DNA of 55,142 nt from a virus. Below the pieces are notes generated by a model. It did no database searches. It was not told the DNA's origin and saw nothing but the letters and a program-made list of their open reading frames with translations. Shown here one piece after another: positions 1 to 8,779 of this stretch. The translations under genes were made by a program, and so were the position numbers. The stretch is taken from the IMG/VR virus record IMGVR_UViG_3300045988_062587. The stretch is one strand, 5' to 3'. The stretch's first letter is position 1; every line of letters begins with the position of its first letter.

Positions 1-55
1 GGGTATAGGTGTCAAAAAAATTCAGTTCAGCAGGCATTGTTATATCCTCCTCACA
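1..55. repeat. Terminal overlap copy 1 (identical to 55088..55142); contains a duplicate of the first 37 nt of the major capsid gene
   Basis: gggtataggtgtcaaaaaaattcagttcagcaggcattgttatatcctcctcaca is present at both ends of the window. Confidence 0.95.
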
Positions 56-455
56 GTGCGGGTGCAGCGGCCTTGAAGACGATGCCACCGTTGCGCAGAG
101 CATCCTTGTCGGCCTCGGTCATAGTGTAGCTGTCGGCCACGGTAACCTTGTTGGAGTTGAAGCAGCCCATCAGGTACACCGGGGCGGTCACATCGTCAGC
201 AGTGCCAACGTCCACATCATCACACAGGATGCAGTAAGCGGTAAGCACCTCATTACTGGCAGCAGCGGTGCCCAGCACGACCAGCTTGTTATCGCCAGCA
301 GTGCCGCCAGACTTTGCCAGAATGGTGCCGCGCTTGATGGTATCGGCCTTGGACAGCTTGCGGATGGTGCCGCCGCTGACAACCAGCTTGGGGTTGATGT
401 CGGCAATCAGGCCATCAAATTCCATGGTGCCGAGAGATTTGCTCAGTTCGCTCAT
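51..455 (-). CDS. Head decoration protein, lambda gpD-like
   Basis: 134 aa starting MSELSKSLG, with a GAGGAGG RBS upstream of the ATG at 455. It sits between the protease-scaffold and the gpE-like capsid gene (across the junction). The Gly/Ala/Val-rich pattern is typical of gpD-family proteins. Confidence 0.65.
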   Translation of the reverse strand: MSELSKSLGTMEFDGLIADINPKLVVSGGTIRKLSKADTIKRGTILAKSGGTAGDNKLVVLGTAAASNEVLTAYCILCDDVDVGTADDVTAPVYLMGCFNSNKVTVADSYTMTEADKDALRNGGIVFKAAAPAL

Positions 456-469
456 AGTAGTGTTCCTCC

Positions 470-1702
470 TCACTTCTTGTCGTCATCGAGCAGTTCGGCG
501 ACGGCTGCTTCGGCAGCAGCCATGCGCTCGGCCTGCGTCTTGGGCACATTGCCATTTGCATCGGGCAGAGATTCCGGGCTGCCAGATGCAGACGCGCCCG
601 GAACAGCCTCCACGTTTTGTGCACCAGATGCGGCGTTGTCCGCTGCCAGATTCTTCAGAAACTCGTGACCCTGCGCAGCAGCAGCCTTGGCGGCGCGGAA
701 TGCCAGCTCGCGAGCATCGCAAGCGGTCTCGCCGTACTTAGCCTCCTGCACCAGAGCGGGGTCAAACAGGCTTGCCACCGAATCGATTTCGGCCAGACGG
801 TTGCGCTCCGCGCTCACGGCTGCGTCAACTGCGGCCTGCGGGTTTTCTGCTGCGGGGGTTGCAGGGGTGGGATTTGCATTGTTTGCCATAGTGGATTGTC
901 CTCCTTCGTTGGACTGGGCGGCGGGTGCCGCCGGTGTATTTGCAGCAGCGGCAGCAGGTGCAGCCGCTTTAGCCATAGGAATGTTGTCTGGCAACTTTAC
1001 GCCAGGCATCAGGCGCAGGGCGTGACCATTTGCGTAGATGGTCTGACGGTCTGCGCTTGCGGAGATTGCAACAGGTTCAGCATCATCCAGCAGTTCGTCG
1101 GCAAAGCCCTTTTCTACGGCCTCTTTGCCTGTCATATAGGTAGTGTCGGCCATCATGTGCAACAGCACAGTTTCAGACATCCCAGTCTTGCGCTTGTAGA
1201 TGCTGACCTGCGACTTGTCCCACGCATCGTTGGCATCGGCAGCCTTGCGCAGTTCATCTGCGTTGTATGCGCCAAGAACAAAACTCCAGCATTTGTGAAT
1301 CATCACGAGGCTGGACGGATTTACGCGGACGGTATCGCAGGCGCACATGATAAGGCTGCCGCCACTCATTGCCACACCGTCCACGATACAGACCAGCTTG
1401 GTGCCTTTGGCCGCCAGCTCCCGGAGCCGATTGTGAATCAGGATGGAAACGCCTGCATCGCCGCCCAAACTGTCCATGCGGATGGTGATTTGTGAACACC
1501 CCTCAATCTGTGCCAAGTCGTTCAGAAACTCACTCTCAACGATGTACTGGCCGGGAATCGGTTCATTGGTCCATCTGTCGATGGGCTGTTTTTCCACGAT
1601 ATCGCCGTACATGGTAATGTCGGCGGTCTGGCCGTCAGTGCTGGCCATTGCGTAACAAGGCCGCTGGATGTTCACCTGCGGTGCGTTATTCGGTTTGGGC
1701 AT
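470..1702 (-). CDS. Head maturation protease (ClpP-like) fused to an Ala-rich scaffold-like C-terminal region
   Basis: ClpP-type core (ITIRMDSLGGDAGVSILIHNRL ... VAMSGGSLIM ... LVMIHK) followed by a low-complexity Ala/Pro/Glu tail. The likely start, MPKPNN at 1702, overlaps the end of the portal gene. Confidence 0.8.
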   Translation of the reverse strand: MPKPNNAPQVNIQRPCYAMASTDGQTADITMYGDIVEKQPIDRWTNEPIPGQYIVESEFLNDLAQIEGCSQITIRMDSLGGDAGVSILIHNRLRELAAKGTKLVCIVDGVAMSGGSLIMCACDTVRVNPSSLVMIHKCWSFVLGAYNADELRKAADANDAWDKSQVSIYKRKTGMSETVLLHMMADTTYMTGKEAVEKGFADELLDDAEPVAISASADRQTIYANGHALRLMPGVKLPDNIPMAKAAAPAAAAANTPAAPAAQSNEGGQSTMANNANPTPATPAAENPQAAVDAAVSAERNRLAEIDSVASLFDPALVQEAKYGETACDARELAFRAAKAAAAQGHEFLKNLAADNAASGAQNVEAVPGASASGSPESLPDANGNVPKTQAERMAAAEAAVAELLDDDKK

Positions 1703-3287
1703 TTTGCTTACCTCCCTGTGTCGTAATGCTGGCGGTGGTTTCGATTGCGCCCTCACTGCCAGCTGCTTTCAGCAGCTCATTTTCACGAGCCAGCTGTTCG
1801 GCGTTTTCGGTCCAGTCGCCGCCGCCCATCTCAAGGGTGACCTGTTCGTGGGTCTTAAAGGCGTGGTGCGTCTGGAGAATGGCTGCATTGACTTCCTTGG
1901 CGGGGTCAAGACTGCCCTGCACAGGGCCAATCCAGCGGGCACCGCACCATGCAGCACGGAGCAGCGGGTCATCAAAAAAGCCCGGAGCGATTACTCGCCC
2001 ACGGGCTACGGCCTCGGACAGCCAAATCTCGTATGCCGGCTGGCAGAAACTATCCACCAGCCACGTGCGCCGCATCTTGAAACCCTCCCACGCTTCCAGC
2101 AGGGCAGCACGGGAGGCGGAATAGCTGGCGTTGAACTCTTTGAGCAACAGCTCGTAAGGCATCTCGATTGCGCCGCCCATCAGCTTGCACAGCGTTTTGA
2201 CAAACTGCTCAAATCCGGCGGTCGGAATGTTTGGGTTTCCGAACTTGATGTCTTCGCCCTTGGCCAAATGTTCCACCTGACCGGGGCCCATTTCGTACTC
2301 GTTCGTGCTGTGGCTGGCATTGTCCATCTGCGGGTTCTCAACAGGAACGCCGCCCAGATCTCCGCTGCCAGTTTCGTTGAACGGAATTGCGTCCTTGGGC
2401 GCATCCGACACAATCCACGCCGTGAAGTACGACTGGACAAGTGCCGCCAGCAGTTCGGATTCGGTGTATCTGCGCAGCTGGAGCAGCGGTTCTATGATAG
2501 GCGCAACAAGGGGAACGCCGCGGTACTGGTCCGGCCGTTCCGATTCCATGATGTGCAGCACTTGGGGCAGTCCGGTCTTTTTGCCAACGACCTCCACACG
2601 CTGCCATACGGTTTCCTCGCTGTTGAGCCACTCGTGCGGATAGGTATTTCGGATGTGGTACGCCACAACGGCACCGCTGCTGTCCACCTCTACACCGTCG
2701 AGAATCTTGTTCCCGTTGTCGGGGTTCTTGCCTACGGTGTATCCCAAAATGTCAATCGCGCTGCCGTATCGGTTCGGTGTAGACACCCGGTCGGCCTCCA
2801 CCAGATGCAGCCGCAGGGCGTAGGGGTGCAGCTTATCAACGTCCCGGATTTTCACAACGGCGAAAACATCGCCGCTCATAAGCCAGCTTTTCAGGGCCAG
2901 CTGCTGCAATCCGTAGAAGTTGTTCATCCCCATAGCATCGCAGTTGCGGCGGTTCTCGGCCCAGAGCCGGAACTCGGCCTCAGCCTTGGTCTGCCATTCC
3001 TTGGCCGCCTCCGGGGTAAGACCCAGAACATCCCGGTCGATGGTGGATTTCAGGGTCAGGCCAGTGCCGACCACCTTTGTGCGGTTCGTGTTGATGGCAC
3101 TTGTGGCGACAGGTGCGCTCATGTAGAGCATCCGGCTGCGCTGCCGCAGGGTGTCGGCGTTGTCGTGTATATCGCTGGATGGCGAATTGCTGTTCGGGAA
3201 AAATGCCCGCAGCGCACGCCGCTTATGGCTTGCACCAGCCTCGCTGTATCCGCTGGCCTGCGGCGCAGCCGTTGCACGGTATTTCAA
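1686..3287 (-). CDS. Portal protein, lambda gpB family
   Basis: 533 aa, positioned after terminase and gpW. The N-terminal region RSRMLYMSAPVATSAINTNRTKVVGTGL is typical of lambda-family portals. Confidence 0.85.
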   Translation of the reverse strand: MKYRATAAPQASGYSEAGASHKRRALRAFFPNSNSPSSDIHDNADTLRQRSRMLYMSAPVATSAINTNRTKVVGTGLTLKSTIDRDVLGLTPEAAKEWQTKAEAEFRLWAENRRNCDAMGMNNFYGLQQLALKSWLMSGDVFAVVKIRDVDKLHPYALRLHLVEADRVSTPNRYGSAIDILGYTVGKNPDNGNKILDGVEVDSSGAVVAYHIRNTYPHEWLNSEETVWQRVEVVGKKTGLPQVLHIMESERPDQYRGVPLVAPIIEPLLQLRRYTESELLAALVQSYFTAWIVSDAPKDAIPFNETGSGDLGGVPVENPQMDNASHSTNEYEMGPGQVEHLAKGEDIKFGNPNIPTAGFEQFVKTLCKLMGGAIEMPYELLLKEFNASYSASRAALLEAWEGFKMRRTWLVDSFCQPAYEIWLSEAVARGRVIAPGFFDDPLLRAAWCGARWIGPVQGSLDPAKEVNAAILQTHHAFKTHEQVTLEMGGGDWTENAEQLARENELLKAAGSEGAIETTASITTQGGKQNAQTE

Positions 3288-3390
3288 AATATCGCCTCCA
3301 TAACTTTCAAACTAAGCGGACTGGCTGGGGAAAGGAGTGAAAAGCAGCCAGCCCGCGGCAAAGACCCGGATGGGCCGTTACCCAAAATTG

Positions 3391-3645
3391 TTACCAGTCT
3401 CGCGGAATGATCCCGAACGCTTTTCGCGCGTTCTGGCCGTTCAGCAACGATTCCAGTTCATCGACTTTCTGCTCGGCCTCTTTGATTTCATCGCTAAGCT
3501 TGCCGAGGTCGAGCCGGGTGAGCTCACGGTCATCCAGACGGTAGCTTTTCACGCCGCCAGACAGCAGCTTGTTGTATGCCGTATACAGGTTGTCAAGCCG
3601 CTGCGTGTGGAATTCCAGCCGCTTTTTGATGGTCGTGGTATTCAT
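3391..3645 (-). CDS. Head-tail joining protein, gpW-like
   Basis: 84-aa helical protein between terminase large subunit and portal, as in lambda. Motif: YRLDDRELTRLDLGKLSDEI. Confidence 0.55.
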   Translation of the reverse strand: MNTTTIKKRLEFHTQRLDNLYTAYNKLLSGGVKSYRLDDRELTRLDLGKLSDEIKEAEQKVDELESLLNGQNARKAFGIIPRDW

Positions 3646-3655
3646 ATCTCACACC

Positions 3656-5566
3656 TCACCAGTCGTCCAATAGGCTCTCCCTCTTTTTTCTGTGGGAGGG
3701 CTGTGGTTGTTGAATGTTTACTGCTGCCGGGGCATCGACCGCCTTTCCACGCAGCCTTTTCAGGGCACGGTCGATGGCATCGAGGTCTTTCGGCAGCACC
3801 TTGTAGGCTGCCAAAGCGTAGTTCCGGCAGTCAAGTGCCTCGTTTCGCTCGTGGCCGGAGATTTTCTCCCATTGCCACGGATTGCGGTGGTTCTCTTTGT
3901 ACACCAGATGTTCGGACAACAGGCCGTTGAAATAGCTCAGCCCGTAGTCATCCCGGCGTGGGAAATGGCAATACCGGGCGCCCGGCTCCTGCACTTTCAA
4001 ATCATCCATGATGATTTGCTTGCCGGAATCAACGCCCAGCTGGTATTGCCAGCACATACCGACGTAGCGGTTCTGTATCGTGATTTTCTGCTGCTTGGGC
4101 GGAGCCGTGAACGGCCTGTCCGAGCCGGGAAAGCCTTTGATGCAGAACACCTTTTTGCCGATGCGCTCATGGCAGCGGAGGCGAACATCCTGCGTGAAGT
4201 GGCCGCCCTCGTCCACGAACTTTATGGACACGGGCAGTTCCACGCCATCGGCGAATTTCAGGCGACGGTCGAATACCAGTTCATCAAGCTGCTGCCAGAC
4301 CTCGTCACTGTCCGGGCGGCCCATGATGATGCCTTTTTCGATGCCCCACGTTTCACCGAAGTGGCCGAAGCCCACGATTTCGTACTCCATGCGGTCATCC
4401 TGTGTGTCAACGCCAGCAGTCAGAACCAGCACGCCGTCCGGCAGTTCCGCAGGGTATTCCTCCCTGCGGCCCAGCATGGTGTCCTCGTCCTGCACATCGC
4501 CGCGGTCTTCCCACAACAGGCCCAGCCGGGTGTTGTACACGACCTGCATCTTCTTCGTATCGCCCAGTGCGTTCAGGTATTTCAGCACGGTTTCTTTCCA
4601 TGCAGCCCACTGGGAAACAAAGCTGTTCAGCCAGAAAGAACGGATGCCGTTCTCGTAGGCTGCCGGATTCTCTGCTTGCCAGTGCGCAGGCGCACGTTTC
4701 ATGGTCACTTCGTCCGAAATGCAGCCGCACTCCGGGCAGAGATACCACACATCGTTGACCTTGTAGGTCTTTTCGCCGTGAACCTCGATGGTGTCATACT
4801 CGTACCGAATATCTTCCCAGCGCAGTTCGTGGAATCCCTTGCAGTGTGGACACTGCGACACCCAGCGTTCCATCGTGCCTTTGACGTAGGCCTTGGCGAT
4901 TGCGCTGTGACCTTTGATTGTCGGGGTGGAAACCTCGACCGCCTTTGCGTTGTAGAACGTGGTCTGCCGGGCCATTGCCAGTTCCCACGGGTCGCCCTCA
5001 GTGCCGGCACTCGTAGCCCAGCGGTCACGTTCATCGCCCAGCACATAGCGGATGGGTTTCGATGCCAAAGCGTGCGCCTCGGTGGAGCCGCACATGGTCA
5101 GGATGCCGCCGGGGTAAGACTTCTGCAGAATGGTGTTGCCGCTGTCTCGGCTCTTGCTCTCTGCTACCTTTGCCCGCAGGGTAGGACAGTCTCGTATCAT
5201 GGGAGCGATACGCAGCTTGCTGTACTCCTTGGCATCAGTCTGAACCGGGTGGATAAAAAGGATAGATCCGGGGTCAACGTCAATCGTTCTGCCGATGACA
5301 TTGTTTTCAAATTCGCTCTTGCCGACCTGCGAGGACGCAACGACAACAATGTGATGGACGCGAGGGTCAGAGTATGCGTCCATGATTTCCACCAGATAGG
5401 GCGTTCTGCTGTTGCGCCAGCGGCCTTGTTCAGCAGATGCTTCCGGGGACAGGACGCGGTTTTGTGCTGCCCACTCGCTGACGGACATATTGGGCGGGGG
5501 CCGGATAGCTGCCACCAGCTTTGACACCAGAGCATTCAGACGGTCAACCGCTGCATTCTCACTCAT
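3656..5566 (-). CDS. terL: Terminase large subunit, lambda gpA family
   Basis: Walker-A-like VVVASSQVGKSE and a CxxC...CxxC zinc motif (CPHCKG...CPECG). The likely start, MSENAAV at 5566, overlaps the terS stop (ATGAGTGA). The ORF track extends to 5623. Confidence 0.9.
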   Translation of the reverse strand: MSENAAVDRLNALVSKLVAAIRPPPNMSVSEWAAQNRVLSPEASAEQGRWRNSRTPYLVEIMDAYSDPRVHHIVVVASSQVGKSEFENNVIGRTIDVDPGSILFIHPVQTDAKEYSKLRIAPMIRDCPTLRAKVAESKSRDSGNTILQKSYPGGILTMCGSTEAHALASKPIRYVLGDERDRWATSAGTEGDPWELAMARQTTFYNAKAVEVSTPTIKGHSAIAKAYVKGTMERWVSQCPHCKGFHELRWEDIRYEYDTIEVHGEKTYKVNDVWYLCPECGCISDEVTMKRAPAHWQAENPAAYENGIRSFWLNSFVSQWAAWKETVLKYLNALGDTKKMQVVYNTRLGLLWEDRGDVQDEDTMLGRREEYPAELPDGVLVLTAGVDTQDDRMEYEIVGFGHFGETWGIEKGIIMGRPDSDEVWQQLDELVFDRRLKFADGVELPVSIKFVDEGGHFTQDVRLRCHERIGKKVFCIKGFPGSDRPFTAPPKQQKITIQNRYVGMCWQYQLGVDSGKQIIMDDLKVQEPGARYCHFPRRDDYGLSYFNGLLSEHLVYKENHRNPWQWEKISGHERNEALDCRNYALAAYKVLPKDLDAIDRALKRLRGKAVDAPAAVNIQQPQPSHRKKRESLLDDW

Positions 5567-6131
5567 CGTCGTCACCAGCCAGCTTTTCAGCCCACGCCTT
5601 GCGTTCACGGACACGGGCCTCATACTTTGCCGGGTCGTAACGGAACATGGCGATTTCCTCGGCTATCTGATTCACCTCGCCACGCATATACTCTGCCACC
5701 TCTGCCGGGTCAGACAGAGCAGCCGCATTGATGGCAACACGGCTGGGCAGCGCCATCAGCGCACCCCGGACGGTGTAGATAAGCTCAGAGGTCATAGCGG
5801 CCACATCCTCACTGCGGTGCATCTGCCCGGACAGCTCTTTTGCCTCAGCTTGAGCGATTTTCGCTTTGCTGGCTTTGAGCGTAGCTTCTGCTTTCTGCTT
5901 GATGTGGTCCAGCTTTTTGGCCTCTGCCGCTTCCTCTTTGGTCAGCCCGCCACGGGCAGTGCTGGCATTGTAGGCCTGCACTGCGTCACCAAGGACAAAT
6001 TTTCCTCGACTGACGGTGGTGAGCACCCCATCCTGTGTGAGCTGCTGCACCCTGCGGTTCGTGATGCCCAGCACGGCGGCCAGTTGGGTGGTGGTCACAG
6101 TCATGTCAGCAACTCTTTCTTTTGTCGGCAT
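5559..6131 (-). CDS. terS: Terminase small subunit, Nu1-like (N-terminal wHTH)
   Basis: N-terminal HTH (TTTQLAAVLGITNRRVQQLTQDGVL), a coiled-coil middle region, a position immediately upstream of terL, and a strong RBS (AAGGAGGTGG). Confidence 0.65.
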   Translation of the reverse strand: MPTKERVADMTVTTTQLAAVLGITNRRVQQLTQDGVLTTVSRGKFVLGDAVQAYNASTARGGLTKEEAAEAKKLDHIKQKAEATLKASKAKIAQAEAKELSGQMHRSEDVAAMTSELIYTVRGALMALPSRVAINAAALSDPAEVAEYMRGEVNQIAEEIAMFRYDPAKYEARVRERKAWAEKLAGDDDE

Positions 6132-6183
6132 TCAGAAACCACCTCCTTTTTTGTAAAACTCTTTGGAAAATCACAGCGAAGTC

Positions 6184-6191
6184 ATTATACA
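6184..6191 (-). promoter_or_regulatory. Candidate extended -10 promoter element (TGTATAAT) upstream of terS
   Basis: The minus strand reads ggtttGTATAAT about 50 nt upstream of the terS ATG. No clear -35 element. Confidence 0.3.
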
Positions 6192-6275
6192 AACCGTAAC
6201 GAAATGACTGATTTTTCCCTCACTAACTAGCTTGGTTTCGGGGTCGTCGAGCCCGCTCATGGTAGGGTACCCCCG

Positions 6276-6425
6276 TCACAGTACCTTTTCAGCACAGAAC
6301 GGCTGTTCCTGCCCGCTGTCGGGCGGGTGGAACGCAGCGTCAACCATTGCAGGGTCATGCACGAAGGTGAACTTCATGTCCTGCACAGGTACAGGCTTAT
6401 CAACGTAGATGTCTACGACAGGCAT
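6276..6425 (-). CDS. Small hypothetical protein (49 aa), below the ORF-track cutoff
   Basis: A GAGGAG RBS precedes the ATG at 6425. Translation: MPVVDIYVDKPVPVQDMKFTFVHDPAMVDAAFHPPDSGQEQPFCAEKVL. It fills the gap after the IbrB-like gene. Confidence 0.35.
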   Translation of the reverse strand: MPVVDIYVDKPVPVQDMKFTFVHDPAMVDAAFHPPDSGQEQPFCAEKVL

Positions 6426-6442
6426 TGTGATACGCTCCTCTC

Positions 6443-6970
6443 TCAGATGCTGCGGATAACCTTGGCCTTAGAGTATGTCGGATGGTCTTTGGTCATCATG
6501 TTCAGAAACTCGTCTTTGGTGAAGCCGGACAGACGGAAGATCTCTTCGGGCTTCATGCCCAGCTGCTTGCCGATCTCGTCCACGGTCTTGCCCTCGTCCA
6601 TAAGCTTCTTCACGATGGCTTTCATGGGGTCGAGCAGGTGTGTGCCGCGGGCTCGGTTGTGTGTGATGGTGCCGTATACATCGGCACTCTCGTCACCGTG
6701 ATGGTCTACGACTACGACAGGCACCTTGCCGCCCAGCAGGGACAGCAGCGGTTCACGGCCTGATACTGTCCAGCGGTGGAAGCCGTCAATGATGGTTCCG
6801 TCCGGGCGTACCACGATGGGCAGCGTCCAGCCGTTGGTCAGAATGGACTGCACCAGCAGCTTCAGGTTCTCCTCACTGACCTTGTTGGGGTTGTAGTCGT
6901 TGGCGTGGATGGTGTTGCGGTCTACCCACTGGAGGGATGCCAGCGGTGCGAATACGTCAATGTTTTCCAT
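6443..6970 (-). CDS. IbrB-like ParB/sulfiredoxin-domain protein
   Basis: Starts MENIDVF at 6970. Motifs HANDYNPNKV and IIDGFHRW (DGxHR) are typical of IbrB-type ParB N-terminal domains. It overlaps the PAPS-reductase gene by 14 nt. Confidence 0.7.
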   Translation of the reverse strand: MENIDVFAPLASLQWVDRNTIHANDYNPNKVSEENLKLLVQSILTNGWTLPIVVRPDGTIIDGFHRWTVSGREPLLSLLGGKVPVVVVDHHGDESADVYGTITHNRARGTHLLDPMKAIVKKLMDEGKTVDEIGKQLGMKPEEIFRLSGFTKDEFLNMMTKDHPTYSKAKVIRSI

Positions 6971-8105
6971 GGTTCTGCTCCTCCTTGATGCGGGCGTTGT
7001 GGTCGTTGTAGATGGTGGTCCAGAGGATGCGCAGGATACGCATCTTGGGATCTCCGTACAGCAGCCCCTCATACATGGTCTTGTAGTGCTTCTGTTCAGC
7101 GATACCATAGGTCTTTATGAACAGGCCTCGCCAGTGGTCGATGTGGGATAAGGTGTCCTTGGCGATGGTGTACCGCTCCGGGTGGAGGAACAGCAGGTCT
7201 TTGCAGAGGGCTTTATAATCCTTCTGTTCGGTATCTGCTTCCAGCTCACGCCGCTTGCGGGTGCTGCGCCGGAACATCTCGGAATCCCAATAAAGCAGAA
7301 CGAGGTAGGCGTTTGGCTCTCGCCGCTGGATACGCTCCCACAGGTCGTTGTCGGTTTCTGCAACCCACCGTAGGCCTTGTGTGCTGGTATCTCCAAAGAA
7401 AGCGCAAAGCCGGAGTGCATTTTTATGCACACCAGCTTCGTACAAACGCATATAGATTTCAGGGAATTCAAGGTTTCGCTCTTTGATGTACAGCCAAACA
7501 TCGGAATCAGCCCAATCGTAGATGGGATAGAACTTGCCGCCTTTTGTGATACGCTCCATTTTGGTGTTGGCGATACACTTAAAGCGGGTCAGGCTTTCTG
7601 CTGTGCGCAGGCCGACCAGCTGAATGCCGTCGCGGAACGCCTTTTCGCAGAACGTCTGGTAGTTCATCTCTCCGGGGTGGTGCAGGTATGGGCTGTACCT
7701 GATGGCAAAATCTGGCGGGGTACGCATCCACACATCTTCTTTGCCAGGCTCCCATGTTATCCACGATTCTGACGCGGAAAGGTGGTCTATCACGCACACC
7801 TGCTTGAACGGCAAGCAAAACCATAAGAATTTCGCGCCGACCGACAGGAAGTTGCGCCGCCAGCGGTGTGCTGCATCGACCATGGAGGGGTAAAGTCCTT
7901 CCTCGTCAATGAACGTCACCGTCAGCTGCTTGGGGTCGAGCTCTCCGGAGAGAATCATCTCATACACGAGATTGGCCATGCACAGGCTGTCCTTGCCAGA
8001 GGAAAACGACAGATAGATTTTGCAGCCGTTTGCGAACACATTGCGGATACGGATTTTCGCCGCCCGCAGCACGTTCATGCTGCTTTCCACTACTTTCACA
8101 GGCAT
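6957..8105 (-). CDS. PAPS-reductase-family PP-loop ATPase, IbrA/DndC-like
   Basis: PP-loop motif YLSFSSGKDS near the N-terminus and a long helical C-terminal extension like IbrA. It overlaps both flanking ParB-like genes. Confidence 0.8.
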   Translation of the reverse strand: MPVKVVESSMNVLRAAKIRIRNVFANGCKIYLSFSSGKDSLCMANLVYEMILSGELDPKQLTVTFIDEEGLYPSMVDAAHRWRRNFLSVGAKFLWFCLPFKQVCVIDHLSASESWITWEPGKEDVWMRTPPDFAIRYSPYLHHPGEMNYQTFCEKAFRDGIQLVGLRTAESLTRFKCIANTKMERITKGGKFYPIYDWADSDVWLYIKERNLEFPEIYMRLYEAGVHKNALRLCAFFGDTSTQGLRWVAETDNDLWERIQRREPNAYLVLLYWDSEMFRRSTRKRRELEADTEQKDYKALCKDLLFLHPERYTIAKDTLSHIDHWRGLFIKTYGIAEQKHYKTMYEGLLYGDPKMRILRILWTTIYNDHNARIKEEQNHGKH

Positions 8106-8779
8106 ATCAGTTCACCGCACTTCGGGCAACGGATGCACCTGTGCTGTTCCACGCCGCTGTCCGCCTCTGGAGCAGCTGTTTGCGGTTCAGAAGGTGTAGA
8201 CTCCTCCAGCACTGTGGAGGGCTGCTGCGGGGCAGCGGAGACGGTAGGAGTAGGCTGCGGGGCGGGAGCCACCGGGTAGGTCGGTGTTTCGGTATACGGA
8301 ACATGTTCCTCTGCCTGATGGCGGTTGATGGGTGCGATCTCGTTTTCCGGGAAATCGCCGTAGGAGCTGATTACTTCATCAGCTTCATCCGTGGTGCTGT
8401 TCAGCATTTCCAGCAGGTCAGCATCCCAGCCCGGAACGTCCACATCGCCGTCCAGTTCCTTGACCAGTTCTTCGATGGCATCCACATCGGTAAAGCCGAG
8501 TTCATAGACCTTGTTGTCAGCCATCATCAGCTTTTTCTTCTGCACATCGGTCAGCCCGACCATCACATAACAGTCGCAGGTTTCCCGACCCATGCGGAGC
8601 AGGGCTTCGTACAGACCGTTGCCGGCAATGATTTCGCCATCCTCGGCAACGACCAGCGGCTTCACCTGACCGAACATCTCAATGCTGCGGATGTACTCGG
8701 TGATTTGCTTGTCGGAGTGCCGGCGGATGTTGTGGGTAGGCTTATGCAGCTCTGCCAGCTTCTTTACCGTGATGTTCAT
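8096..8779 (-). CDS. ParB-like N-terminal domain protein with a C-terminal CxxC..CxxC-like tail
   Basis: ParB-type core (HSDKQI..SI..FGQVKPLVV...IIAGNGLYEAL), a Pro/Thr-rich linker, and a C-terminal CIRCPKCGELICL. Confidence 0.7.
   Translation of the reverse strand: MNITVKKLAELHKPTHNIRRHSDKQITEYIRSIEMFGQVKPLVVAEDGEIIAGNGLYEALLRMGRETCDCYVMVGLTDVQKKKLMMADNKVYELGFTDVDAIEELVKELDGDVDVPGWDADLLEMLNSTTDEADEVISSYGDFPENEIAPINRHQAEEHVPYTETPTYPVAPAPQPTPTVSAAPQQPSTVLEESTPSEPQTAAPEADSGVEQHRCIRCPKCGELICL

Noticed and set aside
1-55. The terminal 55-nt direct repeat as a biological DTR or cos end
   Set aside because: The repeat lies inside the major capsid coding sequence, and its exact 55-nt length is a common assembler k-mer size. 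It is best explained as the overlap of a circular assembly, not as physical genome termini.
1668-3410. Very long ORFs antisense to real genes: 1668-3410 (+), 3692-5524 (+), 29248-30762 (-), 32209-33375 (+), 34774-35877 (+), 37246-38412 (+), 46191-47798 (+), 49991-52138 (+)
   Set aside because: Each mirrors a recognisable gene on the other strand (portal, terminase, amidoligase operon, endolysin, RT, fibre, TMP, sheath/tube). Their translations are Arg/His/Gly/Val/Ala/Cys-rich with no motifs and no RBS. They are typical shadow ORFs of GC-rich coding DNA.
6957-8105. PAPS reductase as a cysH-type auxiliary metabolic gene for sulfate assimilation
   Set aside because: It overlaps two ParB-like DNA-binding genes and has an IbrA-like long C-terminal extension. 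This context points to a nucleic-acid-directed PP-loop enzyme rather than thioredoxin-dependent PAPS reduction. The call remains unproven.
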